This document shows, piece after piece, positions 1 through 48,224 of a stretch of DNA of 64,000 nt. Under the pieces are notes generated by a model. It ran no database searches and was not told where the DNA came from. It was given only the letters and a program-made list of their open reading frames with translations. How positions within the stretch are numbered: position 1 is the stretch's first letter; each line of letters starts with the position of its first letter. The position numbers and the translations under genes are program-made. This stretch comes from the human T2T-CHM13v2.0 reference genome, Homo sapiens. The stretch lies in NCBI RefSeq assembly GCF_009914755.1, contig NC_060946.1; one strand, 5' to 3'.

Positions 1-879
1 GCCACTTCCATGCAAATAATCACCCTTCTGATAACAATAAGTCAAGTCTCAAGGGACTAAGAAAAACAAGCAGCTTTATTAAGATGCAGCTGACCGATCT
101 GAAAGCCTGCCTGCTCCGCCACCTCCTGGGAGAGCCTGCAGGGCCCGAGCTCTGGGGACAAGAGCTGCTGCTCAGGCCCCAGAGGAAGGTCTAGGTGGGA
201 AATGGGCCGCCAGGAGGTGGACACCAACACATAGGAGCACATCCCAAGACACCCATCACCCTGTGTGGTGGGTGCTGGAAAGAAACAGCCTAGTTATGAG
301 AGAGACTTGCAACTGGGGGCACCCTAGCACCCCACGGAGGCATTTCCAGGTGGCCCCTCCAGCTTGGCTGTGTGGGCTTCCTTGGAGGACCCTCCCTCCA
401 GGCGGCCAGCCAGAAGGGGCCATCTCCAGGCAGGCACCCCCTTCAGGAGAGCCCATGCCCAGTCACTGCCTGGGAAGCTTACTGCAGGGCTGGCCCCCAC
501 CTGCCACTGTCACCTCCTGACCTCCACCTGCTCTCCTGGGTCCTCAGGCCTCACACAGTCCTGTCCTTCTAACAGGTGACTGCAGGATGGAGCCCCAGGC
601 ATCTCGGCATCCTGATGCGGTCACTGCCAGGAGGGGAGTGGTCTCAGGGTGGGCCAGACCCCTGGACACCAGCGTGGTCTCCTTCCTGAGCTGCCGAGGG
701 AGATTTGCCTGGCAAAGCCCACCTGGCCCCTCGGCCCTCAGCCGCCGAGTTTCCCTCCTGCAGTGGGAGGTTTCCCACGACTGGAGGGAAGCAGTGGCTA
801 TTCCAGTAGTAGCTGTTTCTCATGCACAGGTCTCTTCCCCAGAAAGAATTTGAGCTGCAGGACAGAGATCCTATCACAT

Positions 880-1815
<936 letters not shown>

Positions 1816-1817
1816 CA

Positions 1818-2297
<480 letters not shown>

Positions 2298-2378
2298 TAA
2301 AAATCCTAGATCATCCACAGTTTGCAAAAGCCACTGCTATCCATCTTGGATTGACCAATTCCCTACCTGCCTCTAAAG

Positions 2379-2510
2379 CGGTGGTTTTTTAACAGGAGCA
2401 GTCTTGCCCCCTGGGGTGTTTGACAGTGCCTGGGACACTGGGTGGGGGTGCTTCTGGCATCTGGTGGGTGGAGGTGGGGTATGCTTTTCACCTCCTGCAA
2501 TGCACGCTCG
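2379..2510. mobile_element. MER20-like hAT DNA transposon remnant
   Basis: TTGCCCCCTGGGG...GGGGGTGCTTCTGGCATCTGGTGGGTGGAGG...CCTGCAATGCAC resembles the MER20 consensus as I remember it. Confidence 0.55.
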
Positions 2511-3909
2511 GAACCACAGGTCCGGAGCCATGGGGCTGCTGTGGCGAGGTCTTCCCACATGGCCGCACCCTGTCTGAAGGAGCTAGTGGTGGGGCCCCGA
2601 ATATTCTGAGGCCAGGAGCTCCCAAGTCCCACCTGGCATGAAGCGGTGCCCCAGGGCCCTCTCCGCACTCCTCCCCCTGCCCAAGTGGGCCCAGACTCCC
2701 CAGTGAGGCCGCATGGCCTGGAGTGCTCGCCTGGAGCCTGAGGGGTCTGGCTGCTGTGAGGTGGGCTTCGAGGGTGGCTGCCAGGCTGTGCTGGAGAGGG
2801 CTGGGCATCAGAAGGCTGGTGACAGCCTTGCAGGGAGACGGAGGGTTACCGGAGCCATCCCTGGAGGTGGCCCCTCCAAGTGCTCGGGCCCCAGGCAAGT
2901 CCCACCGGCTCCCGAGTGGAAGGTGTAAGCCACGTGGGCACAGGTGGGAGGGAGTTCTCACCACCCATGGCTGCTAGTGCCCCTGAAACCACCTGGAAGT
3001 CCCAGCGGCTTCCCCAGGGACAGGCAGTGCTGTGGCCCGTGTCCACCCCAGCTCTGGGGCCTGTGCTCGTGGCTCCGTGTCTGCCCGTGGTCTCCCTCTC
3101 TCTCAGGGGTGGTTTCTCTGTCCCTACCCAATATGGTGCTCTATAGCTTTCCTTAGGATCCTAGCTCCTCAGGAGGAAGACGTGTGGCCCCTTGCTCCAG
3201 GAAGGCCCAGTCCTCCCTCACTGGGGGTGGGAGGGTAAGGCAAAAGTGCCAAAGTGTCCATCCCATGAATGCAAGACACACAGTGCCTGCTCTAGAAGAG
3301 CTCATGTTCCAGCAGGGACAGCTAACACCCAGGGGCCTGCACGGGGTGGAGGGCTCTTCAGAGGCAGGATCACCTCGGAGATGGGTGCAGGGGACCTCGG
3401 GCCACCCCAGGGCCAGGCCTGCTTGCCCTGCTTAGGAGCTGGGTCTCCCACTCAGGGAGGGAGGGGTCATGTCTCAAGGGCAGCCACTGGGCCTGAAAAG
3501 CAGAACCGCATGTGATCAGTCTGGGTGGGCAAGACTTCAAGAGAGCACGCCTACCCTCAAGGGATGGAAGCAGAGGCTGGTAGCCGACGTCCATGCCAGC
3601 CACCAACTCAGAGCCAGCACACTACCCGCATGTGCCTCTGCCAATGAGTGGATGAAAAGCAGCGACCTACAGATGCAGGCAACCTGGATGAGTCTTGACT
3701 TTATCTCACGGAGGGAAGGAAGCAGGCTCGGGAGGTGCCGTGCCGCGTGGCTCTGTTTATAAGCTGTCTGGGAAAAGGCAAAACCACAGTACAGAACACA
3801 GATCAGCCAGTGCAGGCAGGAAGGGCCAGCACACGGGGTGGGAGGAGCTTCCTGGGTAACGCTCAATCCCATACGCTACAGAGGGCGCATGTTATTGAAC
3901 ATTAAGGTT

Positions 3910-4462
3910 TTTTTAAAAAATTTTAATTTAATATAATTTAATTATTATTATACTGTTTTAGGGTACATGTGCACAACATGCAGGTTTGTTACATATGTAT
4001 ACATGTGCCATGTTGGTGTGCTGCACCTATTAACTCGTCATTTAGCATTAGGTATGTCTCCTAATGCTATCCCTCCCCCTCCCCCTACCCCACAACAGTC
4101 CCCGGAGTGTGATGTTCCCCTTCCTGTGTCCGTGTGTTCTCATTGTTCAATTCCCACCTATGAGTGAGAACATGCGGTGTTTGGTTTTTTGTCCTTGCGA
4201 TAGTTTGCTGAGAATGATGGTTTCCAGTTTCATCCATGTCCCTATGAAGGACATGAGCTCTTCATTTTTTATGGCTGCATAGTATTCCATGGTGTATATG
4301 TGCCACATTTTCTTAATCCAGTCTATCGTTGTTGGACATTTGGGTTGGTTCCAAGTCTTTGCTATTGTGAATAGTGCTGCAATAAACATACGTGTGCATG
4401 TGTCTTTATAGCAGCATGATTTATAATCCTTTGGGTATATACCCAGTAATGGGGTGGCTGAG
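3910..4462 (-). mobile_element. 5'-truncated primate L1 (L1PA-type) 3' end
   Basis: ORF 4147-4389 encodes the ORF2p C-terminus (MFIAALFTIAKTWNQPKCP...KHRMFSLIGGN), followed by the L1PA 3' UTR and a degenerate A/T tail. Confidence 0.93.
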
Positions 4463-4627
4463 TTCTACTCTTATAAAGAGCGTGCTGGCCTTTCCCATGC
4501 CTTCTCGTCTGTTTTGACCCATTCTGGGTATCGGTCCTTTTCGTCTCCCCCTCTCCATCCTCTCTCAGCCCCTTTCACTGGGTTTCAGTGTGCTGGGCAC
4601 AGGTTCAGGGTGTGTTGTTACTCTTAA

Positions 4628-5808
<1,181 letters not shown>

Positions 5809-6089
5809 TAGGTAAGGGGGAGATCTGGTTCCCTGATCCGACGTCTTTCCTTGGGGTCACTGACTGTGGGAAAGGCCTGTGCTGGGCTGAGGTGGGACCT
5901 GGTGTGGCTGTGGAGGCCGTGTCTGTGTCTGTGTCCTGTGGGCGGCTCGGCTCGTTGGGAGATGCAGTCCTGTCCTGCCCTTCCATGCGGTTCAGACACT
6001 GGACATTTGTGCAGTCTGATCTGCAAGAAAAGAGAGGCACCTCTGACATGGTACTTCATCCACTCTCATTGGATGGGGTTGTCACCCAG

Positions 6090-6277
6090 GTGGACATGTC
6101 CTGAAGGACAAGGAAGTGAAAGCTGAGACGTCTAGGAACACACCAGAGAGAGAAGTGGAGCTTCTGAGGGATGCAGGTGGCTGTGTGAACCTGGGGCTCC
6201 CCTGCCCCGCAGAGTGCCAACCCTTCAATACCCAGGGCCTGGTGGCTGGGAGGACCGCAGGTGACCGTCTTTGTTGA
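6090..6277 (+). CDS. TBX1: TBX1 alternative terminal coding exon 9A (isoform A C-terminus)
   Basis: CCCAG|GT acceptor (AG 6088-6089). The phase-1 frame reads (G)GHVLKDKEVKAETSRNTPEREVELLRDAGGCVNLGLPCPAECQPFNTQGLVAGRTAGDRLC-TGA (6275-6277), which I recognise as the TBX1 isoform A C-terminus. 62 residues added to the 336 shared ones gives the known 398 aa. Confidence 0.93.
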
Positions 6278-6352
6278 ATGCTGAGGCCGGGCCATGGGCA
6301 CATGGAGTTGTCGTGTTTCCCTTCACTTTGGTTCATGTTTGAAATTTCCAAA

Positions 6353-6416
6353 ATTAAAAAAACAGTGACTTGTTCAGTAAATTCCAATATGAATAAAGTG
6401 CATGTTTTGTAATAAA
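6353..6416 (+). terminator. TBX1: Poly(A) signal cluster of TBX1 isoform A (ATTAAA 6353, AATAAA 6392, AATAAA 6411)
   Basis: Three hexamers lie 75-135 nt after the exon 9A stop codon. Confidence 0.75.
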
Positions 6417-7575
6417 TACTTCTCCATAGAGTCACACTCCCAGTTGATAAATCAAAACTTGTTGGATAAAACAAAGTAAATTTCTCCTGACATTTAAACA
6501 TTGACTGTAAACTCATTATAAACACTTCTAAATATTTAATGGAAACTACAAGCTTAACATATCTGATCCAAAAATGCCTTAAACACCTCAGTACAGACAC
6601 CCACACACTATGAGGATGATTCCCTCAAACTGGTTCTGAAAGCAGTAGCTGTGCTTTTCTCTATCGCGTTCTTATTCTTTCTCCGACGTGCTCTTAGCAC
6701 CCTCCTGGGGATTAGCATCCGACCCACATCACTCGGGAAAAGCCCTGGCTGGCGGCTCCCAGGCGGAGGCACCACGGTGAGGCCAAGTGCTGCTGTCCAG
6801 TAAGCCTGACTGCCCCCTCAGGCTCTTTCCCTTCACATTTACTTATTTATTTTTTAAATCGACATATAAAATTGACGTATTTATTGTGTAAACTTCTTAC
6901 CACAAAAATGAGAACTATGTCAGGTGATGTATTTGCTAGTTAGCTAGACTTAAGCAGGCCTTTAGTTTTCAGTTTTTAACATTGAGGGAAAATACACGTA
7001 AATCAAATTTACCATCGTAGCCCTTTGTAAGTGTACATTTCAGTGGCATGAAGTCCATCCACATGACTGTGCAGCCATCACCACCAGCCATCTCAGAACT
7101 CTTCATCTCAGAAAACTGAAACTCTGTCCCCATTAAACAAGAACTCCTCATTCCCCTCCCCTGGCAGCCAGCATTCTACTCTCTGTCTCTGTGAATCTGA
7201 CTACTCTAGGCGCCTCATGTAAGTGGAATCACACAGCATTTGTCTTTTTGTGGCTGGCTTAGTTCACTGAGTGTAAGGACCTCAAGGTTCATCCGTGTTC
7301 TAGCCTGTGTCGGAACTCCCTGCCTTTATAAGGCTGAACACTATTCTGTTGTATGTCTGTACCACGTTTTGTTGATTCATTCTTCTGTCAATGGACACTT
7401 GGGTTGCTCCCACCTGTTGGCTGCTGTGAGTAATGCCGCTATGAACGTGGGTATAGAAATATCTTTGCAGCCCTGCTTTCAGTTCTCTTGGGTATTCTGC
7501 CACAAGAGGAACTGCTGGCTCATATGGTAATTCTATGTCCAGGATTTTGAGAAATGACCACACTGTTTTCCATAG

Positions 7576-7951
<376 letters not shown>

Positions 7952-8112
7952 CTGTTTTGTTTTTATTTTTGGTGTACCCATCCTCATGGGTGTAAGGCAG
8001 TATCTGTCTCATTATAGTTCTGACTTGCATTTCCCCAGAGGATAGTGATGCTGTGCCTGCTGGCTACTCATACATCTTCTTTGGAGATATGTCTACTTAA
8101 GTCATTTGTCTA

Positions 8113-8828
8113 TTTTTTTTTAATTTTTAATTTTTAGAGACAGGGTCTCACTATGTTGCCCAGGCTGGACTCCAGCTCCTGGATTAAGTGATCCTCTTGC
8201 CTCAGCCTCTTGAATAACTGGGTACATACCACGGCACCCAGGATGGCCCATTTTTGAATCGGCTTTTTTGTTGTTGTTGAGTTTTAGGAGTTCTCTATAT
8301 ATTGTGGATATTAATCCCTTATCAGATATATGGTTTGTAAAGATTTTCTCTCAGTCTGTGGGCTGCTTTTTTACTCTGTTGATGGTGTCTTTTGATGCAT
8401 ACAACTTTTAAATTTTCATGAAGTCCAGTTTGTCTATTTTTTTCTTTTGTGAAATGTGCCTTTCGTGTCATATCCAAGAATTTATTGCTAAATTCAATGT
8501 CATGAAGCTTTTGGCCTATGTTTTCTTCTAAGGGTTTTATGGTTTTAGGTCTTAATTTAGGTCTTTGCTCTATTTTGAGTTTATAGGGTATGAGGTGGGG
8601 GATCAAACTGCATTCTTTTGCATTTGTAAATCCAGTTTTCCCAACATCATTTGTTAAAAAGACAGTCTTTTCCCCCATTGAATGGTCACCACATTAAAAA
8701 TCATTTGGCCAGCCAGGTGCAGTGGCATGTACCTATAGTCCCAGCTACTTGGGAGGCAGAGGTAGGAGAATTGCTTGAGGCCAGGAGTTCAAGACCAGAC
8801 TGGGCAACGCAGTGAGACCCTGTTTCTA
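8113..8828. mobile_element. Two Alu monomers (FLAM-like): 8113-8243 (-) and 8712-8828 (+)
   Basis: Single-arm Alu matches inside the L1. Confidence 0.75.
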
Positions 8829-9782
8829 ATTGAGAAAAATATCACTGGTTTATTTCTAGGCTGTCTATTCTATTACATTGGTCTTTACATCTGCCTTTAT
8901 GCCAGTACCACACTGTTTTGATTACTATAGCTTTATAGTAAATTTTGAAACCAGGAAGTATGAATCCTCCAAGTTTATTCATTTTAAGATTGTTTTAGCT
9001 ATTAAGGGGTCCTTGAGACTCCATATGAATTTCAAAATGGCTTTTTCTATTTCTACAAAAAATGTCATTGGGATTTTTGAAGGGAATGCATTGAATCTGT
9101 AGACTGCTTTGGGTAGTATGGATATCTTAACAATGTTAAGTTTTCCAATCCATGAACATGGGATGTATTTCCATTTATTTATGTTTTAATTTCTTTCAGC
9201 AGTGTTTTATAGATTTCAGTGTACAAGTCTTTCACCTCCCTAGTTAAGCTAATTCTTAAGTATTTTATTATTTTTAATGCTGAGTCTCTTTTGATAACAA
9301 AACCTCTTGTTATGTTGAGGAACTCTTTAGCCCATCTTTTGTATTTGCTTTCAGTTTGTGACACTTTAGCATCTCTTCCTGAGATGAGCGATTCTTTGGG
9401 TTTCATGGATGGGAGAGCCCATTGCATTATCCTTTCATTTGGAGATATTGCCTGGTGTGTTGGGACAAGGAAGGACTAACCTTCCTTGTCAGTGTCTTAT
9501 CACACCCGCAGGGCTGAGTGACAGGGTGGTCCTGGGCAGGCTGCCTGTGGCTGTGCAAGCTGAGTGGGTGCACACTGGACTCTTCCCACCTACTGATGGT
9601 GTGTGAGGCTGATGTGCATGGATTCTAGCTCCTTCCCTGTTTCTGGGGCCTCAGCTGTCTGTGTTCACTCTTTCTTGCTACACAAAGAGAAACAAGGACA
9701 AGCCTTATTTGATAAAGGCCACAAACACTTTGACCTTCCTCCACCCAGTGTAGGGATCTGTTTCCCCTCTCCTGGACTCCAG

Positions 9783-9892
9783 GGCTGGTCACAGAAGGCT
9801 CTGGGCTCCAACCTGGCTTGCTGGACGTGCTCTTGAAGCCCCCAAGTAAGAAGTCTGAGTCCCTGAGACCACCACACTGCAAGGACACTTGA
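9783..9892 (+). CDS. TBX1: TBX1 alternative coding exon 9B (isoform B C-terminus)
   Basis: Pyrimidine tract plus CCAG| (AG 9781-9782). Reads (G)LVTEGSGLQPGLLDVLLKPPSKKSESLRPPHCKDT-TGA (9890-9892); 336+36 = 372 aa, the known isoform B length. Likely donor CAG|GTTGGT after 9902. Confidence 0.92.
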
Positions 9893-10106
9893 AGGTACTC
9901 AGGTTGGTGGTCCCCGCTGTGCCCAGCCCCTGAATGAAGCCAAGGCTCCAAGCACCTGAGTGAAGAGGCTGTGATGGAAGCGAATCCTCCAGCCCTGGCC
10001 ATCACCCCGTGGAGTAGACAAACTGCTCAGCCCAGCCTCTCCTAAATTCCCGACCCACGGAGCCCACGTGCCCAGAATGGCTGTTATGCTGCTCTGTTTG
10101 AGGTGG

Positions 10107-10112
10107 TTTATT
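10107..10112 (-). terminator. GNB1L: Probable GNB1L distal poly(A) signal AATAAA (long ~5.5-kb 3' UTR)
   Basis: TTTATT on + at 10107-10112. I recall a long-UTR GNB1L annotation ending near here, but cannot verify it. Confidence 0.55.
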
Positions 10113-10183
10113 AATGTAGCAAGAGATAATGGCACCAGGATGAGGCCAAATGACTCGATTTCTCTACACCCCACATTTTACAG

Positions 10184-10485
<302 letters not shown>

Positions 10486-11981
10486 CTACTAATTTCCTCA
10501 GCTTAGCACACCCTGTGGCCGTTGTCCCCATCGTCCGTGGCTTCATCCCTCAACTGATGCTTTCCTATGTGGACTTCCCGGCCAGTGCTGTGGGACCTCC
10601 CCTGTAGGGCTGGCCAGCCTCATGGGCTGGGCTACCCGTCCCACTCAGCAGTGGCTGCCTGGCCTCCCCTCTGTCCCTCCTGCCCAGCTCCTAATGGGCC
10701 TCCCATAAAAGCTGATGCGTGGGAGCCAAGCCACAGCTCGCTGACCTGGGGAAGCTGACAGAGTGACAGAGGGTCTCAAGGACTCTCCACCCACAAGGCG
10801 GGAATGGGGATGCTGGCAAATCTGGTATGAAGGTTGAGACCCCGAGGAGAGGCAGGCCTGGGGGACCGTGCAGCAGCTGTGCCCACCTAGGACCACAGGG
10901 CTGGTGGGGCTGGCAGCTTGGTAGAGGGCAGGTGCACAGCAAAGTTTTCACCGGTGCCGGCTTGTTGTCTTCCACGCTGGGATTTCACATGAAGTTCTAG
11001 CTAATTGAGTATAAGCATTTCTAAAGAACCCCCGGAGGGTTGTTTTTCTTTGTGCAAACACTCCTTTTGTGCAGAGGGTGTTCTGTGGCTTCTTGGCAGA
11101 GACACAGGTGGGAAACACCTGATTGAACATCATTGCCTGGGGAGTGGAGACACGCACAGCACGTCAACATGGAGCGCCCAGCAGCGGCGGCGGGTCCTGG
11201 GCTGTGCTCCGGAGCCCTTCCCGGGATCATCTCCCGGCATCGGCTGACCCCTCGGTGTCTACGTGCCAAGCCCAATCTGCCTGCAGGGACACCCACTGCC
11301 AGAGGCGGAGGCAGGTTCTCCTGGTCCCAGACCCAGGGCCGTCTGTTGGCCTGCAGGTAACACGCAGGGAGGAAGGAAAAGGCTCTAGGCACAGCTGCTT
11401 GTCTAAGAGGGACCCTGTTGGCGGCGCAACGCTGGGTGAGTGCTGCCCGCCCGCGGATGGGGTGCTGGCCGAACCTATCTTGTAAAGTGGGGCTGCACAG
11501 AGGTCAGCACATGGTGGCGCCCACCGTCGAGAGGGGAGGCCCCTTGGCACTGGAGGCAGGGCCTCACCAGGCAGACGTGCCAGGACCCGCGTCCCTGCAC
11601 ACAGCTGCCCACCGGCCAGTGGAGTGGGACCTGCTGCCCCTCTGACAGCTCCTGGTAATCAGAGGGGCCCACTCCACCTGCACCGGAGGCAGCGGCTGGG
11701 GATGCTGGAGCATACGGCTCCAGCCACTCAGGATCCCACTCTGGGCCGTGAAAGTTACTCCACAGAACACCCCAAGGCCACCCCTGCTGGCTGTGAAGAC
11801 ACCACCAGGCGGACAGTGCCCAGGGCTGGGGCTCACAGCCACGAGAATCTGGATTTGAACAGAAAAAGCCCCCAGCCGCGCTGCCACCCTGACGCAGCCT
11901 TGTGGGGCCCTGAGCAGAGGACCAGCTACGTTGTGCCCGTGCCTCGACACATGGAAATTCTTCCAATAAGAACAGGATGGT

Positions 11982-12289
<308 letters not shown>

Positions 12290-15200
12290 CACCCCAAAAA
12301 CACAGGATGGTAGAACACACCTACCTGAGTTGGCACTGAAAATGGCAAGAAATGTCCGCCGTTGTTTCCAAACACCAAGTTCTCTCTGGCTTGAGAGGCC
12401 TCACTGCTACCCAAGAGCATTATGGAGGAAGATGTGGAAGGGCTGCCTCTCCCAGTTGGTGGGTTGGCCAGGGGCGTGATGGCAGCGACCAGCCATGCTG
12501 CCAGGAGTCGCCTCTCAGGTTCATCCCAGGAGCTGCATGCTGACCTTCGCGTGCTGCCTCCGGGCCACCCCTCCTCCCCACTTAATGCCTTCACTGCTGG
12601 CTCTGTTGGCGTTCCTGCCAGCCTACAGGAAGTGGCTGTTTGCTAGGAAGAGAATGCCAATGTTCAGGTGCATCTTTTCCAAGCTGGATGTCTGGAGCTG
12701 AGACCGTTTCTTCTTCTGTTGTGGGGGTTTCAAGGCTGGTCAGACGCATGGTGATTCATCACGACCCAGGTTCTGTTGACACAAAGGCCGACCTGTCCAG
12801 AGCCACATGGCTCTGCTGTGGACACCACGGAGCAGCTCAAGAGAGGAACAGGACCAGGAGGGCTGCACTGCTCTTGGCCGGCTTGGACCCCAGCACCGGT
12901 TCTGCTGCTCTCCCAGGCAGCTCAGCCAGGTGAATGAAAGTCCTGGGCCTGCCCTCCACAGGACGTCTATAAGGCCTCAGAAGCTGGATCTGCCTGGCAA
13001 GGGGGGCCCTATCTGCCTAGCCACCCAGATGCGGGCACGTGGCCCCGTTGTGCACTGGAGGGGTGAGGGCTGTGTTAGGCATGCAGGACTCACGCTGTCC
13101 CGACTCCATCCCTGCACACTGAGATTCAGAACAAGATGTGCCTGGACACTGCTCAACGCCACATGGCCTGGGGCAGGGAGCTCAAGGCCAGGCTAGGGGG
13201 CAGCCGCCTGCCATCCACCCTGCTTGTGCCTTTGACTGAAAGCACGAGGGCCAGGGGCCAACTCAGGGTCTGTACACCCTGCCCACAGCTCTTCATGGCC
13301 TCTATGTAAGACATCAGCAGGCAGTGCCACTCGCCAACCTCATGCTGGCATGCACACCTGGGCCCTCATGTGGGATACCCACCTCGTGGCTGTGGGACGT
13401 AGGGAGTTTTGTAACTACAGTGATGATGCCAAAGATGACAGGGACATAAACAGGGGAAGGGGTAGAGGCCCAGAACCCTCAGGGTGGGAGCTGAGGCGGG
13501 GCAGATGTGCCTTTGGCAAGGCTGTCAAGGGCATGCAGGGAAACTGCAAAGCCAATTCCCACTCCACCTACCCTGCCGCTGTCATGGGGATGTCAGAACC
13601 TGACACCTTCCCTCACTGTGACAGCCTGTGATGAGCACCCAGGGCACAGCTCCCTCAGCACCTGCAGTCACTGCAGCCTAAACCCAGGACCCTTCCCCTC
13701 CCTGACACCTCAGTGATATGAAAATACCTCCCGGAGTGCCCTACGCATCCTGGCGGCTATAGGACACTCGAGGAAAAGCAGCAGGGCCCCCCTCTCCAAA
13801 GGTCCTGGGCACCTGGTGGCCACCCTTGTCCAACGGAGCCAGGCCAGTACCCGAGCCAGGTGGTCTCCAAGCTTGGGCCAGGGGCCGCTTTCCCGGCCAG
13901 CACTGACATTCCCGTTTGATGGAACGGTCCCCATGGTACCTCTGACCAACAGAGAAGTGTGGTCACAGGACTCCTCAAGGACTCCGGGCCCCCCAGCAAC
14001 CATGTTCCTCACAGTGGGGTTGGGGAGGCACGGCCTTGGGACCCCCTGCAGTGGGTGCACAGGTCTCACTGACAAATCCAACACCCCCATCCCCAGGCCT
14101 TGGAAGCCCTCCTCGGCTGTACCCCACGGCGGCTGGCCATGTCCACTTCACTCAGTGCAGCCACCCTCAGGCTGTAATCCAGCCCCCACCCCCAGCCCGG
14201 CACTGGAGCCTTCCTGGCCCCAAGCTGCAGCGCCCAGTCCAGCCCTCCGTTTGGCAGGTCTGTTCCGGGAACTCCCCTGATCCACCCCTGCTCCGGCCAC
14301 CTGGATCCCACACCCTTCCGATCCGTCCCACACATGTTCAGATTTCTGCCTGGAAACCTGGAAATGCCATGTGGTCCTGCAGGAGGCTGGTGCCACTCTC
14401 AGGGTCACCCTCTGTATCTCATCCTGGGGGTCTGCTGGACTCGAGTCTAGTTCTAGGACTAGAAGCCCAGGTGGGGGTCCCAAGGAGCATCGGCAGGGCC
14501 TTGCAGGGCAACTGCCTCAAGGGAGGCCACCCCGGGCCTTCAGCTAGAGGGGCTCTTCCGGCAATCCGGGCAGACACAGGCGTGTGTGGTCCCAGCTTCT
14601 CTGGATCTGCCCATGGGCCCCACTCCAATATTCAGGGTCATGGTTCTTTCCCAATCAACACCCGCTTTTAGGAGGAGACGACCGGCCAGGCTGGGCCCGG
14701 CTGCATGCAGTGTGAGGCTCTGGCTGCTAAGTCCTGCTCTTGCTGTGTTGTGCCCTGGGGGCCACCCTGTGTGCAGCCGCAGCTGTGACTGTGGCCTTGG
14801 CCACTGTGAGGCGGTGCTTGTCACACTCCCTTGCTGCTCTCGTGCCTTCTGCCCAGCACTCACCTGGAGGTGCACCCTGTGCGCCTTCCCCACTGCACCC
14901 TCTGCGGGCAGGCGTGCCCTCCCGGATCCCACATCTGGCCTGGCCCTGTGCGCTGCAAGCCCCCCTTGCCGTCCCTCACAGGCACCTTTCTCTGCTTCAC
15001 TCTTTAGGGAGTTCAGTTACTTCCTGATCCTGATCCTGGCCTCAACCTGTGTGTTGGGAGCTCCTGGCCTCCTCGGGGTGAGGGGTCATGTGGACATCGA
15101 CGCAGCTATGGTTGGGGCCTATCATCTCCTGAGGCCTGGCCCAGGAAACCCACACTCGGGGTGGCCCATTCAACAGCAGGTGTGAGGGTGGGGCTGAGCA

Positions 15201-15297
15201 TCCTGCCTGGTGGGGGTCTGAGGGCACTGATGCTAAGTGGGGGACCAGGGCCTCCTCAGGGAGCTCCCACCTCAAGCCTGCAACTTGGCAATGGAAA

Positions 15298-15303
15298 TTT
15301 ATT
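15298..15303 (-). terminator. GNB1L: GNB1L proximal poly(A) signal AATAAA
   Basis: TTTATT on + at 15298-15303, about 275 nt after the stop; implies a ~300-nt 3' UTR. Confidence 0.8.
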
Positions 15304-15578
15304 ATAAAATACCCTCAGCTGGCAACACAGCAGGCCCAAGCCAACGTCTCCTGCAGGCCTCGGACGGCCAGGGCTCTGGCTGGCCCCCAGAGTCACCGTC
15401 CTGTGATGAGGCACTCCACAAAAGGAAATACCAACCTCATGAAGACAGCGGGGACTCCATGGTCCTTGGGCCATGACTTGCTGGTCCTCAGAGGCCCTTG
15501 AGGTTTCAGGCCAAGGCTGGGGCCTGATGCCCACCTCCCTGCCCGCCCTCCTCGTCTCCCGGGAAGGGAGTGGGTGAG

Positions 15579-48224
<32,646 letters not shown>

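Larger units (their letters stand above)
9705..10136 (+). mobile_element. MLT1 (ERVL-MaLR) solo LTR containing TBX1 exon 9B
   Basis: MLT1-like blocks in consensus order: GGCCACAAACACTTTGAC; GTAAGAAGTCTGAGTCCCTGAGACCACCA; CCAAGGCTCCAAGCACCTGAGTGAAG; ATCCTCCAGCCC; AAATTCCCGACCCAC; terminal GGTGGTTTATTAATGTAGCAAGAGATAA. Compared with a remembered consensus only. Confidence 0.7.

Noticed and set aside
6082-6606. 174-aa ORF on the - strand
   Set aside because: Partly the antisense shadow of TBX1 exon 9A plus AT-rich UTR; no recognisable homology.
13710-15476. Long overlapping ORFs (up to 211 aa) on both strands
   Set aside because: GC-rich, Pro/Gly/Ala/Ser-biased and without a recognisable domain; expected by chance in GC-rich UTR or intergenic sequence.
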